In this document: positions 61,129 through 64,000 of the stretch, in pieces | How positions within the stretch are numbered: the first letter of the stretch is position 1 | How the letters are laid out: every line of letters begins with the position of its first letter | From: an uncultured bacterium | GTDB lineage: Bacteria; Zixibacteria; MSB-5A5; UBA10806 | Direction of reading: 5' to 3' | Length of the DNA: 64,000 nucleotides | Assembly (NCBI GenBank): GCA_965541585.1 | Contig: CBEUCH010000002.1 | Location: forward strand, 242,574 to 306,573 | Position numbers and translations under genes: made by a program | Notes under the pieces: model-generated | What the model saw: the letters and a program-made list of their open reading frames with translations, nothing else | Database searches by the model: none | What the model was told of the DNA's origin: nothing

Positions 61129-61983
61129 ATGAGAACGTTGCTGGTAGTAACATGCGTAATCGCATGCTTGTTGGTGTTTTGTTCGGGTACTGATGAGCAG
61201 CAGGGCACTGTCCTGGCGCGGGTCAACAACGAGGATTTGACGTATGAAGAGTTGATGTTTCAAGTGCCTCCGGATCTCAGAAATCAGATGAAGTCGGAGG
61301 GTCTTTCCGAGATTGTGGAAAACTGGATTAATACGGAATTATTATATCAAAAGGCAATAGAGAGAGGACTGGATGATGATCCAGAAGTCAAGGCGATCAT
61401 AAAAGCCGGAATAAGGGATGCTGTTGCCAGACGATTGATTGATTTAGAGTTGGGCAATAAAACAATCATCTCTCCTGCAGCAGTTGATTCGATTTACGCC
61501 TCTCAAAGGGATTCCTTCAGGCTTGCCGAGGACAGATTTCGGGCCAGTCATATTTTTTCTGAATCTGACAGGGATATCGATGCCGTCTATAAAAGACTCG
61601 AAAAGGGTGATGATTTTGCCATTCTGGCAAGAGATTATTCTATGGACAGGCAATCTGCCGAGAGAGGCGGCGACATAGGCTATTTCGGTGCAGACGATAT
61701 TGATCCTGCTTTTATTGAGGCTGCTCGCAAGCTGGATATGGGGGCTTATTCAAGACCGGTTAAGACCGGCTACGGGTACCATATAATAAAATTGACGGAC
61801 AGGCAGAAAGCGGGTGATACTCTGGATTCTCTGGAGGCCAAAAGGGATATATACGAAAGTCTTTACACAACCCGTCATGCAGAAGCATTTAACGAAATGA
61901 TGGAAAACCTCAAAGGGGCGGCGAAAATAGAACGTTATCCCCTGACCGATCCAGCGGAAGCGATATCACCGGAGATGAAATAG
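61129..61983 (+). CDS. Parvulin-type peptidyl-prolyl isomerase (PrsA/PpiC-like)
   Basis: RASHIF, FAILARDYS.D..GGDIGYF, GYHIIKL motifs. Confidence 0.9.
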   Translation: MRTLLVVTCVIACLLVFCSGTDEQQGTVLARVNNEDLTYEELMFQVPPDLRNQMKSEGLSEIVENWINTELLYQKAIERGLDDDPEVKAIIKAGIRDAVARRLIDLELGNKTIISPAAVDSIYASQRDSFRLAEDRFRASHIFSESDRDIDAVYKRLEKGDDFAILARDYSMDRQSAERGGDIGYFGADDIDPAFIEAARKLDMGAYSRPVKTGYGYHIIKLTDRQKAGDTLDSLEAKRDIYESLYTTRHAEAFNEMMENLKGAAKIERYPLTDPAEAISPEMK

Positions 61984-61985
61984 TC

Positions 61986-63263
61986 ATGAGATATCGTGAG
62001 ATAATTGCATCGATCATTGTACTTTGGTCGGGGGACGCTTATGGCGAAATCCTCGACCGTGTGGTGGCCGTAGTAGACAAAGAAATCATACTGCTTTCCG
62101 AGTTGGAGGCTCAACTTCAGTTGTATTCCATGCAGACCAGGACGAATATCTCGGATGAGGCTGTGAGAGATAGCCTCAGAAAGGAACTGCTGGATAGGAT
62201 GATTGAGGATAAGGTGCTTCTCGTGGAGGCCGAGCGCGATACCTCTATCAGCATCACCAACAAGGAGATTGACGAGGCATTGACATCACAGATCCAGAGG
62301 ATCAGAGCGCAATTTCCATCGGAGGATGAGTTTCAGGAGCAGCTTCGCTCCGAAGGCCTGACGTTGAAAAGACTTCGAGATCAGTATCGGGATGAGGTAA
62401 AAAATCAGATCTTAAAAGATATGCTCATACAGAAGAGGTTGGCGGGAGTCAGGGTTTCATCCGGCGAGATTAAGCGGTTTTATGAGGCCAACAGGGATTC
62501 GCTGCCTGAGAAACCGGCAGGTGTGAGACTGGCTCATATACTTCTGGACACCCAGCCCGGTCAAGCCACGAGCGATTCACTGCTTCAATATGCCAATCTC
62601 ATTCGGCAGAAGGCGATCGAGGGAGAAGATTTCGCTCTTCTGGCTAAAGCCTATTCAGATGATCCGTCGGGTTCCGAGGGTGGAGATCTGGGCTGGTTTT
62701 CCCGTGGCGAAATGGTCCCCGAATTCGAAAATGTTGCTTTTGGCTTGCAGGCCGGGCAGATCTCCGATGTCGTGGAGACTCCGTTCGGATTTCATATCAT
62801 TAAAGGCACCGGGCGTAAGGGGGACAGGGTAAGGGCCAGCCATATATTGATTCGGGTGGCTCCCTCTGAGACGGATCTCGCTCGAAAGCTCGTAATAGCA
62901 GATAGCCTGTATCAGCTATTAATAGATGGGGTGGATTTCGCCGAGTTGGCGAAAGCTAATTCTGACGATGAGAACTCTCGGGATTCAGGCGGGGAGTTGG
63001 GCTGGTATGCCGCCGCCGACCTATTGCCCGGATTCATAGAGGCGCTAACCGACCTGGAGACAGGTCAGGTATCGAGGCCCATCGCCAGCGAGTTCGGGTA
63101 TCATCTGATCAAATTAGAGGAAAAGCGGCCATCGATCCCGATCAATCTCGACGAGGACTATGACACTCTTGAGGAAATGGCCAAGAGGGATAAGACCAAA
63201 AGGCAACTCGACGAATGGCTTAACCGGATATCGGCGGAACTTTATATAGATAAAAGGTTGTAA
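61986..63263 (+). CDS. surA: SurA-like periplasmic chaperone/PPIase
   Basis: LDRVVAVVDKEIILLSEL N-domain plus two parvulin domains. Confidence 0.88.
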   Translation: MRYREIIASIIVLWSGDAYGEILDRVVAVVDKEIILLSELEAQLQLYSMQTRTNISDEAVRDSLRKELLDRMIEDKVLLVEAERDTSISITNKEIDEALTSQIQRIRAQFPSEDEFQEQLRSEGLTLKRLRDQYRDEVKNQILKDMLIQKRLAGVRVSSGEIKRFYEANRDSLPEKPAGVRLAHILLDTQPGQATSDSLLQYANLIRQKAIEGEDFALLAKAYSDDPSGSEGGDLGWFSRGEMVPEFENVAFGLQAGQISDVVETPFGFHIIKGTGRKGDRVRASHILIRVAPSETDLARKLVIADSLYQLLIDGVDFAELAKANSDDENSRDSGGELGWYAAADLLPGFIEALTDLETGQVSRPIASEFGYHLIKLEEKRPSIPINLDEDYDTLEEMAKRDKTKRQLDEWLNRISAELYIDKRL

Positions 63264-63523
63264 TGCGGCTGGACAAATTCCTGTCTGCTGCGAGAATATT
63301 CAAGAGCCGATCGCTGGCAAACGAGGCGATTGCCTCATCGATGGTGTTTACAGGTAATCTTCCGGGCAAAGCCTCCCGGGATGTGACGCCTGGCTTGATA
63401 ATCGAGATCGATACTCCCAGAGCCTACAGAAAGATCGAGGTCCTGTCGTTGCCGCCCCGGAACATGAGCAAGAAGGACGCCTCGTCGCTGTACCGACTGA
63501 TCGAGGAGAGGATCAAAGATTGA
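63263..63523 (+). CDS. S4-domain RNA-binding protein (Hsp15/YabO-like)
   Basis: MRLDKFL...FKSRSLA motif. Confidence 0.88.
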   Translation: MRLDKFLSAARIFKSRSLANEAIASSMVFTGNLPGKASRDVTPGLIIEIDTPRAYRKIEVLSLPPRNMSKKDASSLYRLIEERIKD

Positions 63524-64000
63524 AATCTTTTTTCGAAAACATCCGCGCGAAAAAGATAAAACAGAGGGCCATCGTTGTCGGGGTATTCAAGAAAACCAGC
63601 ATGACAAATCCCGACGATGATCAGCTGGATGAGATAGTTAGCCTCTGCAGGACGGCCGGGGCCAGGGTGGTCGGCCGGGTCGTTCAATACCTTGACCGTT
63701 TCAGCGCCGCCACCTTGGTTGGCAGCGGCAAAGTGGATGAACTGGCATCGATGGTTGAGAAGAGGAAGGCGGATATTGTCGTATTCGATTCTAAGTTATC
63801 GCCGTCGCAGCAGGTAAATCTGGAAAAGAGTTTCTCGCGGCAGGTTATCGACAGACCCGGTTTAATCCTCGATATCTTTGCGATTCACGCCCGTTCACAT
63901 GAGGCACAGGCGCAGGTCGAGTTGGCGCAACTGGAGTATCTTCTTCCGAGACTTGCCGGGGGCTGGACACATCTCGAACGGCAGGAAGGGGCTATTGGCA
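63520..64000 (+). CDS. hflX: GTPase HflX, N-terminal part (3'-truncated by window edge)
   Basis: Manual translation: LCRTAGA, GSGKVDEL, LSPSQQVNLE, IDRPGLILDIFA.HARSHEA..QVELAQLEYLLPRL..WTHLERQ. Confidence 0.95.
   Translation, partial: MKSFFENIRAKKIKQRAIVVGVFKKTSMTNPDDDQLDEIVSLCRTAGARVVGRVVQYLDRFSAATLVGSGKVDELASMVEKRKADIVVFDSKLSPSQQVNLEKSFSRQVIDRPGLILDIFAIHARSHEAQAQVELAQLEYLLPRLAGGWTHLERQEGAIG

Noticed and set aside
59388..63263. Three tandem PPIases as a novel system
   Set aside because: mfd followed by parvulin/SurA genes is a common housekeeping arrangement

Overview
A 64-kb chromosomal window from a diderm bacterium. Gene content (dockerin-like-tailed M28 peptidases, IPTL-CTERM, GWxTD protein, ACIII, mfd-PPIase-surA order) suggests the FCB group, possibly Zixibacteria-like; this is inference. 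Left to right: (1) the end of trpA and a complete shikimate/chorismate operon (aroH-aroF-tyrA-aroA-aroE-aroC-aroK-aroB-aroQ); (2) an accessory zone with a 5'-nucleotidase-like protein that has lost its metal ligands and carries a beta-barrel-like tail, a DUF5916 protein, small redox/hydrolase genes and a STAS protein; (3) a 16-gene alternative complex III + A2-type caa3 oxidase cluster with heme O/A synthases and two SCO proteins, then msrBA; (4) an initiator tRNA-Met locus; (5) a ygbA/Fe-S/Crp-Fnr/NifU module interrupted by an IPTL-CTERM protein and a duplicated M28 peptidase; (6) rex with its operator, a partner-switching module, a GWxTD protein, pdaD/speB interleaved with two methyltransferases, mfd, three PPIases, an S4 protein and partial hflX. 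The tRNA-fMet locus is the most unusual part. Downstream of the tRNA are two ~1-kb single-gene, integrase-less mini-islands, each bounded by a tRNA 3' half plus a conserved ~150-bp hairpin/direct-repeat element. Upstream is a 77-bp tandem array of tRNA 5' halves, each carrying an inserted palindrome.
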